A stretch of 64,000 bases of DNA from a virus, in IMG/VR virus record IMGVR_UViG_3300001199_000005, positions 88,879-152,878 of that record; one strand, written 5' to 3'. Position 1 is the first letter of the stretch; every line of letters starts with the position of its first letter. The translations under genes were made by a program, and so were the position numbers. The notes beneath the pieces were generated by a model. It was not told where the DNA came from, searched no databases, and worked only from the letters and a program-made list of their open reading frames with translations. Positions 9,914 through 18,949 of this stretch are shown here, piece by piece.

Positions 9914-12900
9914 GCGTAGAATTTTCAAAAAAGTTCAATAGGGATTTGTTCCAACAACAAACCAATCTAGTTACCAGAAATAATGACGGTGTGAGTAGGT
10001 CTGGCGCTAATATTTTGGTTACGTTCAAGAATGACTCCAATACAACTTTCATTGTTGCAAGCGAGGCAACGGGTGCCATTACAGCGCATCTTCCTGGTCA
10101 AATACTCACATATAGAAGGCAAGGAACAGGTTCGGGAACAGTAACTTTTGATTGTCAAGTTTCAGCTACTTGGAAAGTAATTTGTGGCGTAGCTCCATTT
10201 GCATCAGGTATAGTTTACGATAAAGGGTTTGGTTTGCTTATACCTGCAATTGCAGCTACAATTAGAACAGCAACTGGAAATACTTTTCCAATTACAGCTG
10301 ATAGTGTTACTGGTGTTGCGTCGTCTATTTCTAGTTTGGGTGTGGGAGGATTAGTTGCTTATACCCCAATTACAACAATAGGTGCTGGAATTTTATCAGA
10401 AACTGGGGGTACTGTAACTTCACAAACAGCATTTACCACTCTTATATATAGGAAACAAACAGCGACTGTTATAGGTTTTGACCCAACTAACAATACTGAT
10501 TGGAAAGTAGTTCATGGTACATATACAATCCCATACCATAATGGATTACCTACAACAAGTAATACTTTAGCTGCTGCTCCTTTTGGAAATGATTTATCTA
10601 GTTCAAGAGTTATAGAAAAAAAACCAACATTAATCGTAAAAAACAATTTTGGTAGTTCGTTCTCTGGGATAGATGGTTGGGATATTAGAACATCTGATTT
10701 CGTAACACCAAAAGTAGTAACCACAGGTACTAACAAAATCACTTTTAATTTAACAGGTGGTTGTCAAGCTAGAAAAACAATACCTGAGTTAGCTGCATAT
10801 AACGGCACTGTAAACGTATATATTTGGGCTGGTTCAAATGGTGGTGGTTTATCTAATACACCAACAATATCAATAAATGGAGTTGCTGGTTCTTCACCAG
10901 GTGCGACAGGTGCCAATATTTTTCAAACACTAGGGAGTGCTGTTGTTCTTACGGGGGGCGGTTTGGGTGAGGTCGTATTAACATATCCAACCAGTAGTCC
11001 CGTAACGACTGCTCATTGGTATAATTTTTTCTTTTTTAGTAGAGTAGAATTATCGTCATTACAACAATTCACCCATCCAAGCGGAACTACTGGAACACAT
11101 TTTAGGGATTCCTATTTTAAATCATTAATAGATTCCAAAATATTCAAAAACAAAGTTCCTTTAATCAGTTCGCTGTCTGGGGGAACGTTTATTGTTAACG
11201 ATTGCGTAATACCTTTTTCAGACGATACTGATTATTTTGAATTAGCAAACGATGGTGGTTACGGTGCATCTGGAGGGACAGCGGCAGGAGAGTTTATAGC
11301 TGGTGGAGTATCGGGAGCATGGCAAACTTTATTACCTTATAACCAAGATGGAAGTCCAAGGAATGATTTTTTTCCAAAGAAAACAATTCCTTATGAAATA
11401 AACCCAAAAGTTATTTTTACTGGGAAAGTCCCAGTAACTACTATAAATTTAAACATAACAATAGATTATAGGGGGGACGGTATTGTACTATTACAACAAA
11501 CAGCAACAGGTGCTAGTGCGTGGAATAGTTTGGGGTTAACTAATATTGATTTAACGCCTATCAATACCAATCCATGTTTTAACTTACTTCCTTTAGTCGG
11601 AGGTACTTTTAGGGGATATGTTGGTTTCACCAATACAGCCTCTGGGGTAATTTCTTTAAGCAACTCCACTAGGGAAAAACTAAACGTGTTCATCACTAGA
11701 AACTTCCCTCACAACCTCAATGCTTCCACGGCTATTTGTTCAAATTGCGTGTTTTTGTCAGATTTGAAAGTAATTGGTATCATAGGCAGTCTTGTTAACA
11801 ACGTGGTATATGGTACGTTCAGGTTGACACTTAACACTACAAGTGCAGGCTCTACCCCAACACCTACTCCTTTAACCGACGGTCAAATAACTACTTTGTT
11901 GACTACAACCATACAAAAAAATGTTATTTTGGGAGCGGTGGAGATACATTACGGGGCAACGACAACGCTGTTCACATCATTGACAGACCCAACACTTTTA
12001 ACAGCTTTTGGAGGTCGTGTAGCACCTTTGGTAGCTAATAATTATAGTACGATACCAACATTCAACGACCTTGTAGAAGAAGATTTTACAGTTGATAATA
12101 CTAGTTTTTTATTTAGGTCTGGTACATCTACTTCTAATATAATATCTAGCAAGTTAGGTCTCCCTGTAACTTGGTCACCGTCAGGTGCAAATCCTGATAC
12201 AATATCAGACTCTGCAACATTATATATTTTAGGACATCAATTAAGACAATTTCATTATATCGGAAAAGATGAACTAGAATGCAGCATTGCCCAAGCAAGT
12301 GCAGGAATAAATAGTTCTGGTGTTTTCACTCCAGACGGTGCTTACAACGCACCTACTGATGAAAATTTAAAAACAGGTAGAGTTGGATTTTATATTAAAC
12401 TGACTTTTGATACTAGTATTTACGATAGTGTTTCGTTTCCAGATTGGATTTTTGTAGAGACAAACTCTGATGTTTATCTACAACTTGATTTAACTGACCT
12501 TTTGAATCCTATTGTTATTGGTTCACAATGGATTGATAAAGATGGAAATTTACTTACAAATGGAGTAAATACTGAAAATCTTATACCATTATGGAAAATA
12601 GGTAATGTATTATCTATTGATTACAAACTATATTATCCCTCATTAATACATACTTTCAAAGGTATCACGGCAGTGGCACATCAAAATACAATTACAAATA
12701 TTGATTTGAAAACTATATCAGCAGCTGACGACCAATCAGTTACTAGTGCGTCAAGATATACTAGTTTTATAGTATCACCAAGCAGTAATAACCCTATTGC
12801 AGAAAATACAACATTACCACTTAATTATATTAAATCAGGCTTAGATGTACCTGGAACTGTAGATTTAGTTAATGATGCTGAGAGCACCTCAATATCTTTA

Positions 12901-13077
12901 GTGCCGGGCGTAGCAGTCAATATACCTTACGGCTTTAATAATATTTATACTATTGACGCCAAGGTAAGAAGACCTAACTCTCCAGCAGATAGATTAAAGT
13001 TAAGAAACATAGACGCAAACAGTTATACTGACGACACAGAACATAATACACCACCAACAAACACAGACTTAACATGA
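9910..13077 (+). CDS. Large beta-rich virion protein, putative receptor-binding/tail spike
   Basis: 1055 aa G/T/S/N-rich ORF coupled to the fibre genes; no catalytic motif recognised. Confidence 0.5.
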   Translation: MSVEFSKKFNRDLFQQQTNLVTRNNDGVSRSGANILVTFKNDSNTTFIVASEATGAITAHLPGQILTYRRQGTGSGTVTFDCQVSATWKVICGVAPFASGIVYDKGFGLLIPAIAATIRTATGNTFPITADSVTGVASSISSLGVGGLVAYTPITTIGAGILSETGGTVTSQTAFTTLIYRKQTATVIGFDPTNNTDWKVVHGTYTIPYHNGLPTTSNTLAAAPFGNDLSSSRVIEKKPTLIVKNNFGSSFSGIDGWDIRTSDFVTPKVVTTGTNKITFNLTGGCQARKTIPELAAYNGTVNVYIWAGSNGGGLSNTPTISINGVAGSSPGATGANIFQTLGSAVVLTGGGLGEVVLTYPTSSPVTTAHWYNFFFFSRVELSSLQQFTHPSGTTGTHFRDSYFKSLIDSKIFKNKVPLISSLSGGTFIVNDCVIPFSDDTDYFELANDGGYGASGGTAAGEFIAGGVSGAWQTLLPYNQDGSPRNDFFPKKTIPYEINPKVIFTGKVPVTTINLNITIDYRGDGIVLLQQTATGASAWNSLGLTNIDLTPINTNPCFNLLPLVGGTFRGYVGFTNTASGVISLSNSTREKLNVFITRNFPHNLNASTAICSNCVFLSDLKVIGIIGSLVNNVVYGTFRLTLNTTSAGSTPTPTPLTDGQITTLLTTTIQKNVILGAVEIHYGATTTLFTSLTDPTLLTAFGGRVAPLVANNYSTIPTFNDLVEEDFTVDNTSFLFRSGTSTSNIISSKLGLPVTWSPSGANPDTISDSATLYILGHQLRQFHYIGKDELECSIAQASAGINSSGVFTPDGAYNAPTDENLKTGRVGFYIKLTFDTSIYDSVSFPDWIFVETNSDVYLQLDLTDLLNPIVIGSQWIDKDGNLLTNGVNTENLIPLWKIGNVLSIDYKLYYPSLIHTFKGITAVAHQNTITNIDLKTISAADDQSVTSASRYTSFIVSPSSNNPIAENTTLPLNYIKSGLDVPGTVDLVNDAESTSISLVPGVAVNIPYGFNNIYTIDAKVRRPNSPADRLKLRNIDANSYTDDTEHNTPPTNTDLT

Positions 13078-13403
13078 ACGATGAACAATTAGCAGCGGCG
13101 GCATTAGAGAAAGAACAAGAAGCTAAGAGAATTAGGGATATTCTTTCAGATGAACCAACATTTAATAGCCTTTTAACATTATTTCCAGATATAAATACTG
13201 TAACTAGAATTTATATTGAATTACAGGATGGCAATTTAAAAGTAGTTTTAAACGATAAGACTTCAGTATTTAAAACTATAGATTATACTATGCCCGATAC
13301 AACTGTAGTTCCAATAGTAGGATTACTAACACAAGCACTAGTAGATAAGGCAACTACATTATTTGCAGATAAAAAAGCAGAAATTATTGCTTCTTTAAGT
13401 TAA
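13074..13403 (+). CDS. Hypothetical protein (possible fibre assembly chaperone)
   Basis: 109 aa acidic ORF directly after the fibre genes. Confidence 0.4.
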   Translation: MNDEQLAAAALEKEQEAKRIRDILSDEPTFNSLLTLFPDINTVTRIYIELQDGNLKVVLNDKTSVFKTIDYTMPDTTVVPIVGLLTQALVDKATTLFADKKAEIIASLS

Positions 13404-13409
13404 TTTATT

Positions 13410-13709
13410 ATGAAATATTTTGTTTTAGCTTTTTTAACCTTTATAATTGGTAACATTAGCGGTCTATACCTTTATCCTATTGTTGAACCTGTTGAAACCA
13501 ATAATTATAAAGAAGTTGCTGATTCATTAAAAAATGAAATAGAGCTGCTTATAGTTAAAGCAGACAGCTTAGATAGTTTAATAATTATAGAAACTAATAA
13601 GATTGATATAATAAAGTATAATTATAATGACGAAAAGAATACTGTTGATAGTTTTGATTCTACTGCCATTCTGCAGTTTTTCTCAGAATATCAAACCGAA
13701 GATTACTAA
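13410..13709 (+). CDS. Membrane-anchored coiled-coil protein, i-spanin-like
   Basis: N-terminal TM segment YFVLAFLTFIIGNISGLYLY followed by a coiled coil; overlaps the next gene by 83 nt. Confidence 0.5.
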   Translation: MKYFVLAFLTFIIGNISGLYLYPIVEPVETNNYKEVADSLKNEIELLIVKADSLDSLIIIETNKIDIIKYNYNDEKNTVDSFDSTAILQFFSEYQTEDY

Positions 13710-14025
13710 GGACGGTTATCTTTTTGATACATTACAGACTAAACTATTAGTAAAAGAACTGATAGCTAAAGATTACTACAAATCACTAAGTATATCATAC
13801 GAACAGCAATTAGAACTGTTAAACAAAAGAATAGTAATCAGTGATTCTACAATAAAAAATTGTAAAAAATTAGTGTCCACACAGGATAGTTTAATAGAGA
13901 GTAAAGAACTCGAATTACAACAAACTAAAAGATTATCAGCTAGAGAGAACAAAAAGTTAAAGAAAAGAATATTCTTAACAGAGGCTGGAGCTATAGTATT
14001 GTTTGTTTTAGGAATATTAATATGA
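13627..14025 (+). CDS. Exported coiled-coil protein with C-terminal TM, spanin-partner-like
   Basis: Signal peptide MTKRILLIVLILLPFCSFS|Q, a coiled coil and a hydrophobic C-terminus AGAIVLFVLGILI. Confidence 0.45.
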   Translation: MTKRILLIVLILLPFCSFSQNIKPKITKDGYLFDTLQTKLLVKELIAKDYYKSLSISYEQQLELLNKRIVISDSTIKNCKKLVSTQDSLIESKELELQQTKRLSARENKKLKKRIFLTEAGAIVLFVLGILI

Positions 14026-14029
14026 AATT

Positions 14030-15007
14030 ATGGAGAAAAACGATATTTCGGTATCTGATTTATTTGATTCAGATGTTGATGAAAAAATTGAGAAAGAGGC
14101 AGCAATAGCTGTAGAAAAGCCAGTAGGGGATAAAGAAGAAGTAACAAAAACTGCTTTAGATTTATACCTAGAAAGCTATCATGTTAAAGACAAGATGCTG
14201 TCGTTTGAAGACGAAACAGGTACAATCGTAAATAAAAACTTTGATGAATTACCAGTTGAAGAACAATTTACTATTTTAACTGAATTAGCACAAAGTCAAA
14301 TACCAAACATAGAACCAGCCGATTTAAAGATACTAAACGAATTATACACGCAAGGAATTAGTTTACAAGAGTATCTCTCAACAAATAATCAAGAGGCTGT
14401 AGTATATACAGTAGATGATTTTAATGATGAGGACTTATTTAAGTTCGACTTAAAAGAAAAAGTTCCAGATATTACTGATGAAGATTTAGAAGCTGAGTAT
14501 AAAAGCGCAAAAGATAGTAAGTTTTTTGTAAAAAATATGGAAACTCTTAGGGCTACATATAAAGATATTGAAACTAGACATAACTATCAAAAGGAATTAG
14601 CTGAGGAACAAAAGGCCAAGGAAGAATACGAAAAGGAACGTTTGCTAATAACTAACGTAACTAACAATTTAAAAAATATACATGGCTTTCCTGTTAATGA
14701 CGGCCATAGACAACAAATTAACGAATTATTAACAACCGTTAATAATAAAACAGGTACTTCTTTCTTCATTGAGGAAATCAGTAAACCTGAAAATATGGTA
14801 AATATAGCATGGTATTTATCGTATGGAGACGAAGCTTTCAATCAACTTGCAACTTATTACAAGAAACAAGTTACTGAAGCCTACAATAGGGGTAAAGCAG
14901 AAGCAACCGATAACTTCCCCGGAGCGCCTATTGCTAAAAAAAGCCATCTAATAACTAACAAAGACAAAAAACAATCAACCACAATTCAAGACTTATATAA
15001 CGAGTAA
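14030..15007 (+). CDS. Acidic scaffold-like capsid assembly protein
   Basis: 325 aa, very acidic and helical, immediately upstream of MCP as in the crAss capsid module. Confidence 0.65.
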   Translation: MEKNDISVSDLFDSDVDEKIEKEAAIAVEKPVGDKEEVTKTALDLYLESYHVKDKMLSFEDETGTIVNKNFDELPVEEQFTILTELAQSQIPNIEPADLKILNELYTQGISLQEYLSTNNQEAVVYTVDDFNDEDLFKFDLKEKVPDITDEDLEAEYKSAKDSKFFVKNMETLRATYKDIETRHNYQKELAEEQKAKEEYEKERLLITNVTNNLKNIHGFPVNDGHRQQINELLTTVNNKTGTSFFIEEISKPENMVNIAWYLSYGDEAFNQLATYYKKQVTEAYNRGKAEATDNFPGAPIAKKSHLITNKDKKQSTTIQDLYNE

Positions 15008-15009
15008 TT

Positions 15010-16419
15010 ATGAAAATTATAGACTATACAACCGTAAAAGCCACTATGGGGGATACCAAGACCGTTCAGGACTTTGGTAAGTGGATTGGTAACAAACCCC
15101 ACAAACTAGGCCTAGTAGCTTCAATGTATGAAGATTTGGCTGCTACATATCTTACAGATAGCCTTTTGAACATCTACTACAATGAACGTAGTGCAAACCA
15201 ATTCCAACCTGTCGATTCTACGGTCGTAGAATGGTTCTTGGACCAAAACTTCATTGAGAAGATTTACATTGCTACAGACGTAACAGGCACTACTCCAGGC
15301 CTTAACAAGTTAGAATTTGACATCACATTTACACGTAAATATTATGACAAATACGACACTTTCACTCTTGAGAACCGCCAACAACTATTTGTTGTTCAAA
15401 CACCAACTCGTTTAGCTACCAACCTTTGGAGATATACTGTTCGCTTAGTAGGTAATGACCTAACTAAGAGCGCAGATAAAAACTTTATGAAGAAAGGTAA
15501 CTACACCCGTTTGCGTTCAAACTACCACCCAGAACTTTCTGAAATGGGTTACTCTAAATTCCAGTCAAACACTGAAATGCACCGTAATCATCTTTCATTA
15601 CACAGAGCTTCTGCTACTTTCTCTCAACAATATGCTGTTCTTGAGGATGTATACTTAGCTACTGCTGAAAAAGGTGAAGCTGTTTACTTGAAAATGAACA
15701 AGAAAGAAAAAGAATGTACTGATTCTTTCATGTATGCCCGTAACCAACATATCTTGTTTGGTAAGTCAAACTTTGATATTAATGGTAAATGCTTAGACCA
15801 AGATGCTCAAGGCCGAGATATTCCAATGGGTGATGGTATTGTTCATCAACTAGAACGCTATTGCGATAAAATGGTTTACTCTCGTCTTTCTGTCAACGTA
15901 TTTGACGAAATGCTTGATACCATGGTGTCTAAAGCTGCTAAAGCAACTGGTAACAAATTTGTGTTTATCGTTAACGAAAAACTATGGTCACGTATCAACC
16001 GTGTTCTACGTGATTTCTTGAAAGGATATGCACAAGATGGTACATACTTCTTCTCTAAAGCGAAAAATGGTGAAGTTAAAGTAGGTGCTACTTTCTCTAG
16101 CTATGAAATTGGCGGAAACGTTATTAGCTTCACAGTTGACCGTTGTTTATCACATGAGTATGATAGCTTCGAATATGGTATCATGGTTGACGTTACTCCT
16201 GATACTTCTACTGGTCGTCCAGGTATCGCAATGTTCTCACTTAAAGGTTCTGATATGTTATCAGGTAACTTGAAAGGTATGGGTGGATTGTCTGGTACTG
16301 AAAGTGGTGATGTGGCTACTCCTGTAGCCGGTTCAAGCTACCACTTAATGGGCTACTCTGGAGTTGCAGTATTCAATCCTTACCGTTCATTTATTTTGCA
16401 ACAATCTGTAATTGCGTAA
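15010..16419 (+). CDS. Major capsid protein
   Basis: 469 aa; codon bias of a highly expressed gene (CGT, AAC, TTC, TAC); crAss-type motifs (IPMGDGIVHQLE, VGATFSSYEIGGNVISF, GVAVFNPYRS); followed by a strong terminator. Confidence 0.9.
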   Translation: MKIIDYTTVKATMGDTKTVQDFGKWIGNKPHKLGLVASMYEDLAATYLTDSLLNIYYNERSANQFQPVDSTVVEWFLDQNFIEKIYIATDVTGTTPGLNKLEFDITFTRKYYDKYDTFTLENRQQLFVVQTPTRLATNLWRYTVRLVGNDLTKSADKNFMKKGNYTRLRSNYHPELSEMGYSKFQSNTEMHRNHLSLHRASATFSQQYAVLEDVYLATAEKGEAVYLKMNKKEKECTDSFMYARNQHILFGKSNFDINGKCLDQDAQGRDIPMGDGIVHQLERYCDKMVYSRLSVNVFDEMLDTMVSKAAKATGNKFVFIVNEKLWSRINRVLRDFLKGYAQDGTYFFSKAKNGEVKVGATFSSYEIGGNVISFTVDRCLSHEYDSFEYGIMVDVTPDTSTGRPGIAMFSLKGSDMLSGNLKGMGGLSGTESGDVATPVAGSSYHLMGYSGVAVFNPYRSFILQQSVIA

Positions 16420-16446
16420 GCAATAAACAGGTTTAAATTAACATTT

Positions 16447-16490
16447 AAGAAAGGTTCTGTGACTAAAAATACAGAACCTTTCTTTATTTA
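16447..16490 (+). terminator. Intrinsic terminator after MCP
   Basis: Perfect 14-bp inverted repeat AAGAAAGGTTCTGT-(10 nt)-ACAGAACCTTTCTT followed by TATTTA. Confidence 0.8.
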
Positions 16491-16521
16491 TAGTAAAAAG
16501 GTGAAATTTTTCCCCTTTTTA

Positions 16522-16551
16522 TTTGTTAAAAGTATTTTAGTAGTATATTTA
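16522..16551 (+). promoter_or_regulatory. Possible Bacteroidota sigma-A-type promoter
   Basis: TTTG (16522) then 18 nt then TATATTTA (16544), against a consensus of TTTG...TAnnTTTG. One mismatch and short spacing. Confidence 0.35.
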
Positions 16552-16556
16552 TAAGC

Positions 16557-16721
16557 ATGAAACCAACACATATTGAAAATATAACAACTAAAGATACAAT
16601 AGTAGCAACATCACTAACAAGGGCAGCCAAGTTTTTTGGATTGAATCCTAAGTCAGTGAAGAAGTATGTAGATACAGATAATATCTACTTACGTCAGTTT
16701 AAGATTCAATATTTAAAATGA
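16557..16721 (+). CDS. 54-aa stand-alone NUMOD1/IENR1-like helix-turn-helix protein
   Basis: Below the ORF-track cutoff. MKPTHIENITTKDTIVATSLTRAAKFFGLNPKSVKKYVDTDNIYLRQFKIQYLK matches the NUMOD1-type S-l-x-x-A-A-x-x-x-g pattern and fills the gap neatly. Confidence 0.6.
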   Translation: MKPTHIENITTKDTIVATSLTRAAKFFGLNPKSVKKYVDTDNIYLRQFKIQYLK

Positions 16722-16725
16722 AATT

Positions 16726-17508
16726 ATGGAATTAGCAACAGTTACAGATTCAATGCTGTCAGACAATATTATTGTCTTAAAATCTTTACACAAAGTAAGG
16801 AAATTTAAAATTCAAGCTACTCAAGATAGAAATGGCAGATGGCTTGGCGGAGTTAAAAATGTAGACTCAAATGGTGATATGATACTAAGTGATAAAGATG
16901 ACAAGTCACTCTTTTATTTAAGTATAGATGACATCATTGAAGTTTATGATGGTATGGAACTTAACCTTTCAGACCAAAGAGATAAAACAATTTGGGAAAT
17001 GATTCAACATAGTCCAGTTATAGCTAGCTCAAGAGAAGAGGCGGACAGGTCAGAATTTAAAGAATTCTTTGTATTCAAACCTGGTTTCGAAGCTAAGAAA
17101 AGAGTTAGTACTGCAAAGACTAAACACGAAGCAGAATCATTCATATTTGCAGAATCGCCTGAAGGTCTTTATAAGATATGTAGAATTCTTGGTCACGATA
17201 TGACTAGTGCAGGTTTTTCAGAAGTGCAGGAATACTTATTAAGTATAGCGCATGAAACACCAGAAGTTATTATCAATGCTTTCAAGAACCCGGCTATGAA
17301 AACTAAGTTATTCTTGCTGGACGCAATAGAGAAAAAAGTAATTAGTTATAAGAATGGAGTTTATACCTATGAAGGTGGAGAAACAATTCAAATACTAGGT
17401 ATTTCAGAAAATGCAGTAATCGAGTATTTGAATGCTGTTGAAAATAAAAAAATAACCGATTTAATAAAGGCAGAAGTTTATCCAAACTATGCAAAAAAAT
17501 CTAAATGA
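16726..17508 (+). CDS. Conserved crAss capsid-module protein downstream of MCP
   Basis: 260 aa in the usual position, with a C-terminal AIEKKVI...GVYTY...LG motif. Confidence 0.6.
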   Translation: MELATVTDSMLSDNIIVLKSLHKVRKFKIQATQDRNGRWLGGVKNVDSNGDMILSDKDDKSLFYLSIDDIIEVYDGMELNLSDQRDKTIWEMIQHSPVIASSREEADRSEFKEFFVFKPGFEAKKRVSTAKTKHEAESFIFAESPEGLYKICRILGHDMTSAGFSEVQEYLLSIAHETPEVIINAFKNPAMKTKLFLLDAIEKKVISYKNGVYTYEGGETIQILGISENAVIEYLNAVENKKITDLIKAEVYPNYAKKSK

Positions 17509-18926
17509 CAGATAAACAAGCTTACCAATCATATTTAATTGAAGCAAATAAAGTAGAATCACCAACAATCTTATTAGAAGATTTTAACTATTTTCTAACT
17601 AAGGCTATTAATAATTTTGCTAATAAGCAGTATAATCAATACGCTTTAACTCAGCAAATTGATGATAATACTGCTGTGTTAACACAAACAATTGAATATG
17701 ATTTAGTAGCTAACAGAATGAAAACTAGTAGCCCTTTATCAGACAATAAGTTTACATTACAACCTGTTATCCCTATTACAGTAAATAATAGAAGTTTTAC
17801 AATAGAATTAATTACTGCTGGTATTCTAGCAAATTCACCTATAACTTTAACCTGTGTAGGGCTACCAGCTTTACCTGTTACTATTTTAAATGGAGATGTT
17901 GTTTATATTGATATTACACTTGGTTCTAATTTATATAAAGGGTATTTTACAGCTTTAAATGCTACTGGTACAACATTTGATATTCAAGGCAATGGTTTTA
18001 GCGCCGTGCCCGCAGGTACTTACATAGGAGTAGGGCACACTGTTTCTACCTTTACTGGTTTTCATATTGACTCTATTAATGTTACACCTAATCTTGTCAC
18101 TATAGTAACTGCTGAAAAAGTAACTGAGCCGCGTAATATTTACTACCATATCGCAAAAGAACATCTTACTAAAGATGTTATGGTTTATGTAGGAAATATT
18201 ACTGGAAACTATATACCAGATGGTATTTATAAAGTAGCCAGAATAATTGACGAAGTGACTATTCAAATAGAGGGAACTTTTAACACTATAAATATTCCAA
18301 GTAGTTTCTTAGAAAATAATGGAGTAATATTTAAGTATGATGGTCCAACAACTGAAACTAGCTCAGCTAATAGCTTACCCTATTCTAAGTTTAAACCTGT
18401 TAAAACTGCTAAATCAGTAACAATACCTTTACCTAATAATTACTACCACTTAACTGGATGTACAATTAGTTATGAAGCAACCAAAGACTATAAGTGTTAT
18501 GATAAAGGCGAAGTATTCGAAGAAACTGTCAAAAGACTTACAACAGATGCGAAAGCATTTATAAAAAATAATTATTACCTAAAACCTGCAATTAACAGGC
18601 CTTATTTCTCTGTTAAAAACAGACTTGGTAACGTAGTACCAGACCTAGAAATAGAAACAGGCGTATTACCAGATAGTGTAAAAATTAAAGCAATAACAGT
18701 AGACTGTTTAAGAACTCCATCAAAAGTGGAACTCTTAGACTCTGTTTTAAATGACCCAAACCATCCAGGAATACCTATGGAATTCCCTGAATATATATGT
18801 TTGGAGATAATTAATGAATTGGTTCTTCTAGCTTTAGAGAATCAATCAGACCCACGGGCTGGGCAGGTTTATCAAATAAACCAAAGTATAGCCCCAACTA
18901 ATCAACAACAAAATAAAACAAAATAA
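17505..18926 (+). CDS. Tail ring (head-tail connector) protein with an internal beta-domain insertion
   Basis: N-terminus LEDFNYFLTKAINNF and C-terminus EFPEYICLEIINELVLLALEN are ring-protein-like; the middle ~230 aa is beta-rich. Confidence 0.65.
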   Translation: MTDKQAYQSYLIEANKVESPTILLEDFNYFLTKAINNFANKQYNQYALTQQIDDNTAVLTQTIEYDLVANRMKTSSPLSDNKFTLQPVIPITVNNRSFTIELITAGILANSPITLTCVGLPALPVTILNGDVVYIDITLGSNLYKGYFTALNATGTTFDIQGNGFSAVPAGTYIGVGHTVSTFTGFHIDSINVTPNLVTIVTAEKVTEPRNIYYHIAKEHLTKDVMVYVGNITGNYIPDGIYKVARIIDEVTIQIEGTFNTINIPSSFLENNGVIFKYDGPTTETSSANSLPYSKFKPVKTAKSVTIPLPNNYYHLTGCTISYEATKDYKCYDKGEVFEETVKRLTTDAKAFIKNNYYLKPAINRPYFSVKNRLGNVVPDLEIETGVLPDSVKIKAITVDCLRTPSKVELLDSVLNDPNHPGIPMEFPEYICLEIINELVLLALENQSDPRAGQVYQINQSIAPTNQQQNKTK

Positions 18927-18949
18927 TCAAACTTTAACCAAAATAAAAT

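Noticed and set aside
5719-13403. Diversity-generating retroelement or invertible cassette acting on the fibre genes
   Set aside because: No reverse transcriptase, recombinase, template/variable repeat pair or flanking inverted repeats were seen in this window.
16697-16713. Exact 17-bp repeat GTTTAAGATTCAATATT, also at 61895-61911
   Set aside because: A rough estimate gives about one such match by chance in 64 kb of AT-rich DNA. One copy is coding, and the two have opposite orientation relative to transcription.
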